From assembly GCF_009914755.1 (NCBI RefSeq), contig NC_060928.1: 64,000 nucleotides of DNA; one strand, written 5' to 3'. The DNA is from the human T2T-CHM13v2.0 reference genome, Homo sapiens. A model generated the notes under the pieces. The model was not told where the DNA came from. It did not search any database and worked only from the letters and a program-made list of their open reading frames with translations. Positions 1 through 15,989 of this stretch are shown here, one piece after another (positions within the stretch are counted from its first letter, which is position 1; the number at the start of each line of letters is the position of its first letter). Made by a program: the position numbers and the translations under genes.

Positions 1-1520
1 GGAACCATTACTTAGGCATATACTACAATGACAGTGACATGTGTAAAAAATCCTTCAATAAATATTTAAGAGAAAGTGGGAGACAAAAACAGATTGTGTT
101 TGGAAATATCCCACGTTATATGTGGAGTATAGCCTTACCTACGTTTAATAGCCCTTCAGTTAAAGTATAATCATTGATTTAGGGCAAATTATAAACTCAC
201 CAAAGGTAAAGAACTTCTTTCGTTTGTTACTCATCTCTCAAAACATAGATCTTAAATGTAGGGAAACCAACATAACAATATTTCTATATGATTAAAATTG
301 AGTCATTTTAACTTCTAGATTTTTGTAAATAACAGTTTTATGTAAAAAAAAGAGCCTGATTATTAAAACTAAGAGATGCACTTAAAAGGTTTTGAAAAAC
401 ATAAACAAATTAGCAGCTCTGATTTGAGAAATGTTTTATTTTCTTTTAAAATAATGAATAATTTAATAATTTTATATAAATGTTGATCTCCAGCAACACT
501 ATTTTACTGTTTTAATTCTTTTCAAATATTTCTTCCAATAAATTTCACATCTCTTTCACATTCTTTTCTATTCTCATCCATTTTTATTCTCACTTGAATT
601 CTCTTGACTTGCAGTATTTTTTTTTCAGGTACAATAGGTAATAGGTCTTGAGAGTTGGCTTTTACATGTGACTTGTATTTTGCAATTTGATTCGATTTTC
701 TTCTTGGAAATGTGATGGAATGTCTAGCTGTAGAGGATTATATTAAAGCTGTAGATAATGTACTGAAAGACAAAGTTTAAAGGAAGAAGGGGTTTCTAAG
801 CTTGTGTACAATTATGTGTCTCCCCCTTTGAAATAAAAAATATATTGTTTGCTCCCTGTCAATAAAAATCAAAGTTTAAAGAACTGGAGTTTAGGAGGAC
901 ATACAAATGGGAGAGGGTAGTCTAGAAGGAGAGAATGGCATGAAAAAAGAAACTAGGTACAAAATAAACCTTGGCAGTGACAACAATGGAGAAGGGATGT
1001 TGACTATACCATAAAGATTTTTGTCTAACATGTTAAGTCACTTACATGCTATTCTCCTTACACATTTCTATATGATCTGAGATGTTAAGCAAGCATAAAG
1101 GGTCTTAGAAGGCTATGTTGACTTTGTAGATAATGACCAAGAATGTTTTGAGGCTAAAGGTTAAAATAAATGGTAAAGTACTCTAATGATAGTCTCTCTG
1201 AGAAATGATGGGATCCTAAACTAAGGCTGTAAAAATAAAATGTATGACAAAATGGATCAAAGGCAGAGAAGAATGGAAAAATATTACAATAGTGTCATAT
1301 AATAAAGTGATAGAAAGGCAGAACATAAGTTAGAGATATGTGTTGTATTCCCTAAAACAAATAATAGAATAACTAAATAATTAGTTATAGGAAATAGCCA
1401 AAAAGAGAGATAAAATATAATCACACAATTAATTCAAAAGAAGGCTAGAAAAAATGGAAAAAAGAAAGAGTAAATGTGGAAAATATAAAAATAAAGAAGA
1501 AAATAATAGGTTTAAACTAA

Positions 1521-2058
1521 ATGTGTACATTTTCCATTGCTGTATAATATATTACCATAAATGCAGTGGCTTAAGCCAACCGTGATTTATTATCTCTCAG
1601 CTTCTTAAGGTCGGAATTTCTGGCAGATTGCTGGGGGGTAACCTGCTCAGGGTTTCACAGTGCTGAAATTGTGCTATTGTCCAAAATCTGTGTTCTAACC
1701 TAGAGACTGGGTTTCCATTGTAAACTTCATGTTTGTTGGTGGGATTCATCATCACTTTCAATTCCTAGAGATCTTTGTCAATGTTACTCCCTCCCTCTTC
1801 AAAGCCATCAATAGAGAAGAATATCCCTCATGTTCAAGTTTTTTTTTTTTTTTTCCAGGATAACCCAGTTCATTTTAAGGGCACAAGTGATTAGATCACA
1901 ATTATCCAGGAAAATCTTCCTTTCTTTAAGTAAACTGTGTGATAAAACATAACATGATAATCGTATTAACAAGTACTGTCACACTCAAGAAGACACTGTA
2001 CGAGACATTAAATAGATGTAGGAATCTTGAAGCCTGTCTTAGAATTCTGCCTACCACA
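1521..2058 (-). mobile_element. MaLR solo LTR (MLT1 family) interrupting an old L1M fragment
   Basis: Minus strand begins TGTGGTAGGCAGAATTCT; the other end has 'ttccattgctgtataatatattaccataaa...cagtggcttaa', typical of MLT1. A-rich L1M-like sequence on both sides (~1330-1520, 2060-2110). Confidence 0.7.
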
Positions 2059-2483
2059 CTAAACATATCAATTGTATAATTACATGTAAATGATATAAAC
2101 ACTCAAGTTTAAACTTGGTGAAAGGAGGCCATCTTAATTTGAAACGTAATGCCAAAAGTACTATGGGCAGAGGCGTTGTCAAAAACAATAGCAATTTCAG
2201 TGAGAAATAACTAGAGAAGGCCAACATCACTGCTAGTCTTACATCTTAATATTGGTTGGGACAAGCTATACACTAGATTAACTAGAAATTTAGAAAGGAG
2301 ATGTAAAGACTGAGACAACGAAAGTGGAGACAATTGGTTAGGAATTTTCTGCATATATCATGAAAGCTTTTGTTCCACACTATCCATCCAAGAATATTTG
2401 TGTGTCAAACTGCCTCAAGAATAAAGTCCTAGCCTCTGGTGCAGAGGGCAGGTTTTGCAGTTCAGGAAAATAAAGACAGTATC

Positions 2484-2846
2484 CGTCAGGCCTCTGAGCC
2501 CAAGCCTGCTTGTATACATCCAGATGGCCTGAAGCAACTGAAGAATCACAAAAGAAGTGAAAATGGCTGGTTCCTGCCTTAACTGATATTACCTTGTGAA
2601 ATTCCTTCTCCTGGCTCAGAAGCTCCCCCACTGAGCACCTTGTGACCCCCGCCCCTGCCCGCTGGAGAACAACCCCCTTTGACTGTAATTTTCCACTACC
2701 TACCCAAATCCTATAAAACAGCTCCACCCCATCTCTCTTCGCTGACTCCTTTTTTGGACTCAGCCCGCCTGCACCCAGGTGATTAAAAAGCTTTGTTGCT
2801 CACACAAAGCCTATTTGGTGGTCTCTTCACACGGATGCGGGTAACA
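2484..2846 (+). mobile_element. Solo HERV-H LTR (LTR7 family)
   Basis: Starts (c)gtcaggcctctgagcccaagc; TATA-like cctataaaa ~2710; attaaa ~2782; ends ggtctcttcacacggatgcgggtaaca. Exact 5-bp TSD GTATC at 2479-2483 and 2847-2851. Confidence 0.92.
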
Positions 2847-3209
2847 GTATCTCCCTCTGAGAAGAGATCGAGAAGGTTTGATATCAACTTCTTACCAGAG
2901 TAGGGAGTTCCTAAGCATGGATGGGGTACATTAGCTGTGACCCATGCCTGCTGAATGCCCGCTGAATGTTATCCCATTTGAATCTGGTTCTACCTTGTTT
3001 CCGTAAGTCTTAGGGGACAATGGGATATGATGCAAACATAAACCACGTGATGTCTGTAATGCCATGATGTCTATTATAATTTTTTGTCACTGACCAAGTG
3101 GTCTTGCATTATTGCTATGATACATGTCTAGAGTACTATGGCAAGCTAACTGGTGAGCTGGCAATTAGGATAAAATATCAGATGTATCATAGTTTTTGAC
3201 ATAAAATGG

Positions 3210-3790
<581 letters not shown>

Positions 3791-4067
3791 TAAAAATTAA
3801 GAATACATCATACGCCTACATAGAAGAACTAAAATTATAAAACTAAAAGAATCTATGCATAGAATATTTTTGATCTTGAGGAAGACAAACATTTCTTAGA
3901 TACAGCATGAATGCATGAATAATAAGATAAAAATTGATGACTGCATGTCATGAAAATTAAAACCTTTTGTGCTTCAAAAGACACCATTAAGAAAATAAAA
4001 AACAAACCAGACTTTTCTCATTGTTAGTTCTAGAGTAGCCGCAACATGATAAACAGAATGTTTCTTT

Positions 4068-4364
<297 letters not shown>

Positions 4365-4399
4365 TAGAACATTTCTTTTAAATGCAACTTTGAATATGT

Positions 4400-4995
4400 A
4401 CCTTGTTCAAATCTCTTCAATGCAATCCCATATTTTTCAGAATAAAATCTGAAGTCCTTACAATTATTTACGGGGCCCTTTCTGAGCTGTCCCCTTATGG
4501 CACTGACCTGTCTTATTTCTCACAATTTTATTAGTACTCTCTGTATTCCAGGCTGACTCAGCAATTTGGGATACATGCCAGGGACATGCCTGGTACATAT
4601 TTTAGGGCCTTTGCATTGCTTTTCCCTCTGCCTGGAATGGTTTGTCTCCTCCCTCAGCCCTCACATCCACATGGGTCATTCTTGTAGCTCTTTCTTTCCT
4701 TTTCTCAAATGTTTTCATCTCAAAGTCTCCCCTGACCACGTTACTTGAATTAATACTCACCCCTGTCTACTTTTTCCTTACATCTTCTTTTGTTTTATTT
4801 TCCTTTATAGAAAGTTTCATGTTCTAATATACCATATTATATACACATTGATTTTATGTGTTGTATATTTCCCAAGTAGATTCAAATTTCCACAAAGACA
4901 CATACTTTTGTCTGTTTTTTTCCATGCTATATCTGAATTCTAAACAATGTTGGGCTTATATTAGGTACACAATATGATGTGTTCAAAGAATTGAA
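4400..4995 (+). mobile_element. L2 3' fragment
   Basis: agggcctttgcattgcttttccctctgcctggaatg and a terminal gaattgaat, typical of the L2 3' end. Confidence 0.7.
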
Positions 4996-5417
4996 TTTTT
5001 TCCTCACTCATTTCTTTTACCAACATAGAAGTAGTACATTATTTTTTTTTTCCTTAAGTCTAACATAGCTATATTCATGTGTAGGTAATTTATGATTAAA
5101 CATTATTTTTATCACCCTCCTTTAAGAACCACTTTTCTTGTCACCCACTCTTGAATAGTATAAAGTTGACTTCAGTATTTTACTTTCAATACAATTTCAA
5201 TCTGAAAAACCAGAATATTAACATTCTTTTATATAATCAATGTTTCCTTAGTTTTACACATATATTGCCACATCGTTGCTCATATCTTATTGTTCCTGAA
5301 GCATTCATTTACTTTTTTTTTGCTGAAGAATTTTTCTGATATTTTTAATTTTTATAGTGCAGAGAATTCCCATATACCCTTCACTGATTTTCATCTAGTT
5401 TTATCATCTTACATAAT

Positions 5418-5793
5418 ATCTTAGTTGGTTCTGGCTGCTGTAGAAAAATACCATAGACTGCATAGCTTATGAAAAACAGAAATTTAATTCTCACAGAAAA
5501 TAATAAGTCTGGGGCGTCTAGGATGAAGGTGCCAGCAGATTTGGTGTCTGGTGATGGCTTGTGTTCTGGTTCAGAACTAAAGCCTTCTCACTGTTTTCCC
5601 ACATGGGGGAAGGGGTGGCTGTTAAGAAGGAGGAAGGGGGCGGGGTGGCTCTTAGGCCTTTTGTATAATGGCCCTAATTCCTTTCATGGGGGCTCTGCCC
5701 CATGACCTAATCACCTCTCAAAGGCCCCACCTGCTTTGGGGTGGGGATTTCAACACAGGGATTTTGGAGGGACATAGACATTCAGATTATAGC
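5418..5793 (-). mobile_element. MLT1A-like solo LTR within an old L1MC/MD fragment
   Basis: ggctgctgtagaaaaataccatagactg...ggtgccagcagatttggtgtctggtga...catgacctaatcacct...cattcagattatagca. Confidence 0.8.
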
Positions 5794-6215
5794 ACATATT
5801 GTGACATATTTTTCAAAACCAAAAAGAAAATTATGTTGGCATATAACTAAGAACTAAACTATAGACGTTATACAGCTCTCCTCAGTTTTTCCATTAGTAT
5901 TATTTTTCTGTTTCAGTATCTAGTCCACATTTTTGCATTTAGTCTTCATGACACCTTAGTCACTTCTGAATTGTGACAGTTTCTGTCTGCTCTTGTTTTG
6001 GCAATTTTGTCTTTGGCAACTCTGTCTGTTCTGGCAATTTTGTAAGATTACTAGCCCAATATTTTGTAGAATATCCCTCAATTTGGGATTTTCTGATATG
6101 CTTCCTGAAGATAAGACTGGGGCTATGAGTTTACGGGAAGAATATCAACAAGGCAAATTACCTTTTTTATTATATCATATTAGGGGTACACACACACACA
6201 CACATACATATATAT

Positions 6216-6672
6216 GTATATAAAATGCTTTCTTGACACAATTTTGAGGCCCTGGCTAGAGGCCTAACACTTCCCCTACTTGAGCAGCTGAGTAAGTACA
6301 TGCCCCAACCGCTTCCCTCACTGAACTCTCACACTCCAGGATACTGTGCACCTACCCTCATCACCCCAGGGCCAGTTCTCTGCCAACTACAAACAGTTCC
6401 TATACCTCAGAGCCTGAGATATTCTTTAAAACAGCCAATCCACATGAAATAGTCACGATTTGGCTAACCCCATCCCTCTTGCCATATATAAGCTGCCCCT
6501 ACAGTTTTAGTCAGCTGTTACCTGTACTTGGGCGCAACCCTATGTGTTTCTTTGTGTGGCAGACTTTTCTCATTTACAGCCATAGGGAACAAAAAGTTAT
6601 GTTATTTTCCTTACCCTGCTTGTCATGATATTGTGTCCTACTGTCAGAAGAATTTTTTAATCTTATAAAACA
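6216..6672 (+). mobile_element. ERVL-class solo LTR (MER54/MER74-like)
   Basis: TG...CA ends; ttgaggccctggctagaggcc...gagcagctgagtaagt...caccccagggccag...cagccaatcc. Confidence 0.55.
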
Positions 6673-8099
6673 AGGGGACAAATGATATCAATATGCTTTA
6701 TGATAAATGATGTTAACCTTGTTTGCTTGGTTAATGTAGAGTCTGATATGTTTCTCTGCTATAAAGTTACTTTTTTTCCTTTCTATTCTTTATTCTCTGG
6801 AAAGAAATCGCTAAGTTCAACTGACAGGAGAGGGGAGTGGAGGCAAGTTAGTTTCACCTGCTGGAGGGGAGTATCTGTGTATACTATTAGGACATTTTCT
6901 ATAAAAATAATTTCTCCCCTCATTTATTTATTTATTCTATCATTTATTTATACTAGTGTATTCTCCTAGATATTTATTTTAAATGTGGTTTATAATCTAA
7001 TACTGCATTCTTTATTTTGCTGCTCAAATAGTTCCAGGTTTGAAAATTGGAAACTGAGGATTCTGGCTCCAGGCCAAAATTGTATGCTTGAACCTTCAGA
7101 CCCAATCATTGGCAATTACAAGATTTTGCCTGGCAGTTGCTACGGGGGAAGCTGCCCTTTCCACACCATGCTGGGTGCATAGTAAGGGTGTTCTTATCTT
7201 TCAGAAGAAGTTGCAGTCAAGGACTCAGGACTCTCAAAGCTCATAAGTTGAAGAAATACAAATCTGGTATGGGGAGGGCAGCTTGCCCCATGAGGCCTGC
7301 CAGACAAAGCTTTTTTATCAGCTGTTGTAGGATCAGACTTCCTGCTGGTCAGCCTAGAAGGGGTCTGCGTGACTGCCAACTCCTCGGGAACCTAAGTCGC
7401 CTTACAGAGACTTAGGAAGTTTGGTCCTCTGTCTTTCTAAAAAAATTGAAATAATTATGTATTACTGTTCACCCTTGGGGAAGGCAGATTAATTTTTTGT
7501 CTAAATTTGTATAGTAATAACTCCCCTAGCTTCATATCATGGGAAGAAAGAGGTATTTCATAATTCTTATCTTTGGGGAACCATAGGCATTCTCTTGTCA
7601 CCTGGCCCCAGAAAATAAGAATGTGAAAGTTTAGGACTTTCAGAGCTTATAATGAATCTTCAGAGTGAAAGAAAACTTTGTACTTACCTATTAAATTCTT
7701 CTTTTTAATTTTTGGCTATAGTAAAATCCTTCCTATAACATCAGATCTACAATGTATTTAAAATGTTTGTATTGTATGTAGCATTTAAATTGTTTTTTCT
7801 GATAGGCTCATTTAGAATAACTAGACACAAGTTCTTATAATATAGTAAAACATTTTGGGCGTAGACCTGTTCTTGTTTACTGACTTTAAATTTTCATCAA
7901 TTTAATCAATAACAACATGAGGGGGCCTTTACAACAATTATGAAATACAATGGAAAATATATCAATCATATTAAATTAAAATTATTTTATTCTTTAATCT
8001 TCAGGAAAAAAAGTGATTTCGTGCATCCATTTTTCTCTGTTAAGTACTTTTTTTCCCCCCTCCGAGGCCAGGCCCATCTGTGATGTTATGGTGTTTCAA

Positions 8100-8118
8100 T
8101 ACTGCCCTCTCGTGGACA
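8100..8118 (-). promoter_or_regulatory. Candidate CTCF motif
   Basis: Minus strand reads GTCCACGAGAGGGCAGTA, close to the CTCF core CCASYAGRKGGCRS, in apparently unique sequence. Confidence 0.5.
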
Positions 8119-8804
8119 TAAGTAGAATTTTTTAATTTTCTTTTTCTGACCAACCTTGTTGAAAAAGTAATTTCTAGTTAAAAATTTGAGTTTTTTTTTC
8201 TGTTGAATCGGTTTGAATTATATGAAATATAAAACATTTATTCTTTATAATTAATTTCATACCTTAAATAGTATATATATTCAAATACGCATTTACCTCA
8301 TTGAATAAATTAATTTCTATAAATGTAAGAAAAGATTGTCTGAGAGTTTTAATTTAGCTCCTCACTTTTCTGTTGTACCTTCTCCCTCAGGCTTATCCTT
8401 AGTCTACATATGTGTCATTCCAATTGCCAAAAACTTCATGATGTAAATTACTTCTGTATGATCTTTTGAGAATATTATTACCAATCGATAATTTAAAGTA
8501 ATTATCTCCATGAATCAACAGCGATTCACCTATGTCTCATATTTTCAGAACTTTACTAATTGATAAGAGGATAAGAATTCAAACATTATTTAATGTATTA
8601 AATATGTGCTGCTTCACAAGAGGGCCATTTCCATTCTAACAATTAGGACTTAGTGGGTGAAAAAAAAAAATCAATCCTCAGAGTTTGAAAATTTAAATAG
8701 AATGTAATATGACTTAAATATAGAAATTAAATGTGCATGTATGAGGTAGACTGTCATTAAAAAATAATGTATAGGACATATAGAAATAGAGAACGAGCAG
8801 TAAA

Positions 8805-8965
8805 AATATGTCTTGCTACTTTCTGGTTGAATGATCTTGGGTAAATTACGACTGAACTTCTATTGTCATTTATGATAACATTGACAACATTAATCTTACA
8901 GAATCATTATAAGGATTGAATGGCATAATACATACCGGCCACATAATTCAGTGTCTGATATAATT
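8805..8965 (+). mobile_element. MIR fragment
   Basis: tgatcttgggtaaattac...cttacagaatcattataaggattgaatg core. Confidence 0.55.
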
Positions 8966-9886
8966 TATTTTCTTTGCAAAAATTGATATTGTTCCCCAAA
9001 TAAAAATAAAAACATGAGGCATTTTAACAATAGAGGCACTTTTCATTAGAACCATTAAGTTAGGCAAACAAATGATAACAACAATAATGACAACAAAAAA
9101 GCTCCACACAATCCACAGGTGTATGATTCAAAAGCACAGAGAATTTATTTAAATAATGAAAATATTCCACTTTGTTAGTATCTCCAAAGAGACTAAAAAA
9201 CCAACTTAAAAAGTATAAAACATATGTGAGTGAAATATTTTTCTTTCTGGTTTCTGCATAGTCACATTTCACTAACAGGCTTATTTATACAAAGTTATCA
9301 TAATATTTATACTGTTAATAATATAAATAACTATACCTGGTTTAAGTATTATAGTAATTTTGATTCTATTTTGTACCTATTTATTAATATTATCAACATA
9401 TAACCACATTGCTATTGGAATAAAATGTTTTCTTGCTGACAGTCTAATCTTTACTGATATTTAGTTTCATGGACTCTGTAGTATTTTGTCTCATTAAATA
9501 GTTTTGCAACTACACTTTTGGCTGGCAAAGTATAACTAATATACATGCTTCAAAATCTTTCAAATCCAAACTAATAATTTTTAAGAGATTGAATAATTTA
9601 GTCTAATACATGAAATAATAATGTATATGTACATTGTTCAAATGGTATAAATATCACCCTCAAAAATATGTTTAAGAGAATGACTTTTGTATGTGTGCTA
9701 TAGAGATACAGTGGAATTTACATGAAAAAAATATCTTAAAGGCAACCCATAGGAAGTATTAAAACTCATAGTAACTGTTGTTAAATATTTAAAATGCATT
9801 TTAAAATAATTAAATAATTTTAAAACAATATTACGTAAAATTTAGAATGTAACAATTATTTAAAATCTCATGTGAGATTTTATTTT

Positions 9887-10006
9887 ATATATATAATATA
9901 TATCATATAAATATATATATTATATATTTATATGATATATATTATATATATTATATATAAAATATATATATTTTATATATAATATTTATATAATATATAT
10001 ATATAA
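9887..10006. repeat. Degenerate (TA)n low-complexity tract
   Basis: ~120 bp almost entirely A/T alternation. Confidence 0.9.
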
Positions 10007-10459
10007 TTGCTCAGGTTCCATCATGTTCAGTGTAATTAGAAATTTCAGCTGTTATTTCCCAGGTTGTTTCTTTGATCACTTGTTTTCTTGTTCACACATT
10101 TATTGAACATTCTGACAATGCTGTTTGTTTCTTGCTCTCTACTAACAGATTTACACATTAGAAGGTTTACACAATAGAATGTTTGACTATAGTAGATGGT
10201 ATAATGCATGGAGACCAACAATGAAAACCAGGTAAAAAGACCTGCTATGAGACTGTTAGCATAATCCTGTGATCATTGTTTTCCCAGGAAGAAAGAAAAT
10301 GAAGATATTTGAAAGCAGTTTATTAAAATAATTGGTAAAAGTAAGAAAAAATGTGAAATTTCTGTTTTGAGCAACTGGATATTTAAAAATAGAAACATAG
10401 AAAAAGAAAATTTTTGAGGAAGCAAAAGAGTTTAGTTTCGTCATGTCAAACAGTTTACA

Positions 10460-10702
10460 ACAGAGAGTGTAACTAGTGTATTCTCAGGGAGTAGTAGCTG
10501 AGGAAAGAAGAAAGGTTTCCAAAAGGAGGAGTCACAGTTAAAATAATTTATCAAGGTTTTGCTTGCATCCCTCTGGATAATGCCTCATTTGGCCAAAGGT
10601 AGTTATGGAAGTAAACCAGTGTTAATACACGGGGCACTACTCAAGGTATGAATACCAGGAGGTCTGGAACATTGGAAGCCGCTGACATGTCAGCCTACCA
10701 CA
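10460..10702 (-). mobile_element. Old MLT1 LTR fragment
   Basis: aaggtatgaataccaggagg...gcctaccaca terminus (TGTGGTAGGC on the minus strand). Confidence 0.55.
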
Positions 10703-10999
10703 AAAAGCATGAAAGAAAATACAGATCCCTGCTATAGAATTTATTGTTGAAAGCTTCTGAGGCTGTAGTTGTCATTTAGAATTCCCTTCTTTCCAAATTG
10801 ATTCTATTTCCTTACCTCACAGGCAGAAATCAACTATTGTTGTTTTCCCTCCTTGTCAGAGAGACCTCAAATTTTATTATAGATGTCTCTGATTCATTCA
10901 TGGTCATGTTTATTTTTGATTACTGTAATTTTCCCTTAACTTGTGATATTGGAAATGAAATTAATGAATGGGGGCTTAGAAAATCCATTGAAATTCAGA

Positions 11000-11888
11000 A
11001 ATAGACACTTCTCAAAATAAGACCTGCAAGTGTCCAACATTTATTTCATGTCATCAAACATGAAAAAAATGTTCAACACCACTAATCATCAGAAAAAGGC
11101 AAATCAAAATCACAATGAGCCACCATCTTACACCAGTCTGTCGGCTTCTTTCATAAAGTCAAAAAGTAAGAGGCTGCAGAGAAAAGGGAATGCTTATACA
11201 CTGTTGGTGGGGTATAAATTAGTGCAGTCACTGTGAAAAGCAGTTTGGTGATTACTTGAAAAACTTAGAACAGAATTATCATTCATCCTAGCAAGCCATT
11301 TACTGGGATATGCTTTTCTTACAGCTTTGACTTAAGAGAATATTTTCAGTTTATTTTCAATTTGGGTCCTGTCTTTCTTTGACATTTATTTTCCCAAAAG
11401 AAAATAAATCATTCTACCAAAAAGACACATGCACTGGTATGCTCGTCTCAGCACTCTTTACAATTGCAAAGACATGGAATCAATCTGGATGTCCATTAGT
11501 GGTGGACCGCATAAAGAAAATATGGTATATATACATCATGGAATACTATACTGCCATAAAAAGAACAAAATCACGTGGATGCATCTGGAGGCCATTATCC
11601 TAAGTAAATTAATGTGGGAACATAAAAATAAATACCACGTGCTCTTACTTAGAAGTGAGAGCCAAACATGGGGTACACATAGACATAAAGATGAGGAAAA
11701 TAGACACTGAAGACTAGTAGAGGGGAAGAGGGGAAGGGGAAAGGGCTGAAAAACTACCTATTCAGTACTATGCTCACTACCTGGGTGACGGAATCTTTCA
11801 TACTCCTAGTTTCAGGATCATACCACATACCCATGTAACATAGCCTGCACGGGTTCTTTCTGAATCTAAAATAAGAGTTAAAATTATA
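11000..11888 (+). mobile_element. L1PB-like ORF2 end and 3' UTR
   Basis: ORF track fragment ENKSFYQKDTCTGMLVSALFTIAKTWNQ resembles the L1 ORF2 C-terminus; 3' UTR aaaactacctattcagtactatgctcactacctgggtgac. Confidence 0.88.
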
Positions 11889-12282
11889 TAATAAATATTC
11901 AGAAATGATCCTTCTTGATCCTATTGTATAATAGCATCCACATTTCTTCTTGCTAATAATAATTAAGCATTTCAAAACATACCACCTCATTCCTTGCTTG
12001 TTGATTCATTTTAACAAAGAACACAAAATGGCAAGGTGGCAGTTTCAACTTCTAATACAAATGAATTATATTTGTCATCTCTGTTAGAGGTATTCCTTCC
12101 ATGGAAACCATGACCTCCCACTGAGAAGAAAGCAACGTTGTGAGAGCAGAAAGCAAAAATTCTGTGGGTGGGTTATTAGTTGTAACAATAAAAGAATCTA
12201 CCCTTTTAGATGTGAATGAAATCTCACATCCGTGTAGTCTGGCTACAGGACCTGGTCCTGTTCCTGCTAGGTAAGTCTCCTG

Positions 12283-14231
<1,949 letters not shown>

Positions 14232-14289
14232 GTAAAGTGTTTGGTATGTTCATGAATGGTGTAGCTTAGCAGAGGCATCATGGTCAGGG

Positions 14290-14650
14290 AAGATAAATAT
14301 ATGTAGTTATATATCTGTTACAGTGAGAACAATCCTTCAACTACTCCTTTATGGACTAGTCCCAATGTAATCAACTTGCCACCAGAAGGTCAGCTTGATT
14401 CTTGGTGAATGATGAATGGTGCCATATCAGAGGCTCACTATTGGTATCTGCTGTAGGTAGATGTGACACTGAGGTATACTGGTACCAGTTTAATATTGGT
14501 AGAGATAAACTTATGTCATTTTATGAATCTCTATATTGATAGCCTTTATTGCAGAAAATGCCTTTTTTTGAATATTCACATGTGAGACAAACATATTCAC
14601 ACTCTATGTCCTTTCTGAAATTTATGCCTATGTAGCCTATGTGCCTTAAT
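14290..14650 (-). mobile_element. ERVL pol (RNase H/integrase) fragment
   Basis: Minus strand 14381-14361 translates WQVDYIG, matching the ERVL integrase motif WQVDYIGPLP. Confidence 0.7.
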
Positions 14651-14859
14651 CTACACCATTCTAGTACTAAACCTCATCAAAACAATAGAATGGCTCATGT
14701 CTTTGGCAGTTAGTTCAGATTTACAATGTTCTGTCCTCATCACACTAGATCTCTGATCAAACTTCAATAGCATTATGACAATACTTATTCTTGAAATGGC
14801 TTTTTTAGAATTTAGTTTTACAACAATTAGTAATAATAGTAGTAAAAGTAGCAATAGTA

Positions 14860-15030
14860 GTAGTAACTCCAGCACTTGTGAAGTGCATTCTGTTGATTAG
14901 GCAACGTGCTGAGTATTTTGCATATACTATTTCTTTCAGTTCTTTCAACACAATATTGGATATATTAGAAATGAGACCATTGAGGCACAAAGACACCAAG
15001 TAACTTCCAACATGTCACAAAATGGGAACA
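14860..15030 (-). mobile_element. MIR
   Basis: atgagaccattgaggcacaaaga...aagtaacttccaacatgtcaca core. Confidence 0.65.
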
Positions 15031-15989
15031 TATTTATTGAGTTCAACAGCCTAAATAGAATAAGTTTTTGGGGTGGGTTTAAATAAAGCAGAAAGGAAAA
15101 CAGAAGTAAAAATGGGTATGGTGTCAAGTGTTAATTTAAATTCAAACAAATATTTAAAATCAGGAAAGGGAGAAGAGAAAAGATCCTACGGCTCGTTTCT
15201 GAAAAATTCCACCAATAAGACATTTGGTATATTCTGGCTAAGGAAACAAAAAAGTGGTCACAGAGATCAGAGGACGGTCAGGAGATATTCTTAGGCTTAA
15301 TTCCGTGCTGAGAAATTTGCCAGTGGAAAATGTGATTCCAGCAAAGGATCCAGAAATCATTTTTCATGAAAAGTATGTTCTTCTAGACAAAGAGCGTGCT
15401 GAAATCTTGGCTCAATCCACTGGTCAAACCTTACAGTTGTCTCAGCAGTGTTAACTTGTATGCTTGTACTTCACAGTATATTTTTCTAATATAGTTCTCC
15501 AAGAGGGACTTGTCTCTGAGTTGTAACTGCCAACTTTTTGGGGGAGTTGAAAATTTGGAAAATGAGAACTTCTACTCTGAATAAAATCAGGGTAGTTCAC
15601 CACAGCATCCATTGGGTAGAAGCAGAAGAGGAGAGGAGCAATTGAGAACAGAGCTGAAGTTTATAGAGAAGAGGATGTGGGAGTGAAGTATCTAAGTGTT
15701 TGTGAAATGAAGAGAGTTGTGGGTTAGGGTGAAGAGAGGAGCACTACACACAGGTGAAAAGCAATGCTCCACAGCCAGCTTTGCCAGAGCCAAGACAGAA
15801 GTCCTCACCCACTAGGGGATAAGTGGACAAGAACTAAGTAAGGCAGAAAATCTCCCTTGCACCTTCATCCCAGTTGGATGCCACGTAGATTGCTAAAGGC
15901 ATCATAAGCCTCACAGATTACCCTTTGGAAGCAAGTCACTGTATAAGGCCCATACTCGGTGAAGAATTAAAATGTACCATCTTGAGAAG

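Larger units (their letters stand above)
5340..7050 (-). mobile_element. Old L1MC/MD 3' region interrupted by two LTRs
   Basis: agagaattcccatataccc, gtagaatatccctcaatttggg and gatgttaacctt...ttggttaa motifs resume after each LTR. Confidence 0.6.

Noticed and set aside
2380-2727. 115-aa minus-strand ORF
   Set aside because: Mostly antisense LTR7 sequence.
12210-12276. Possible small exon (ttttag|atg ... ctag|gtaagt)
   Set aside because: Splice-like motifs alone are common; no partner exons or coding signal visible.
15254-15454. 66-aa ORF in apparently unique sequence
   Set aside because: No recognisable domain, non-ATG start, no convincing splice context.
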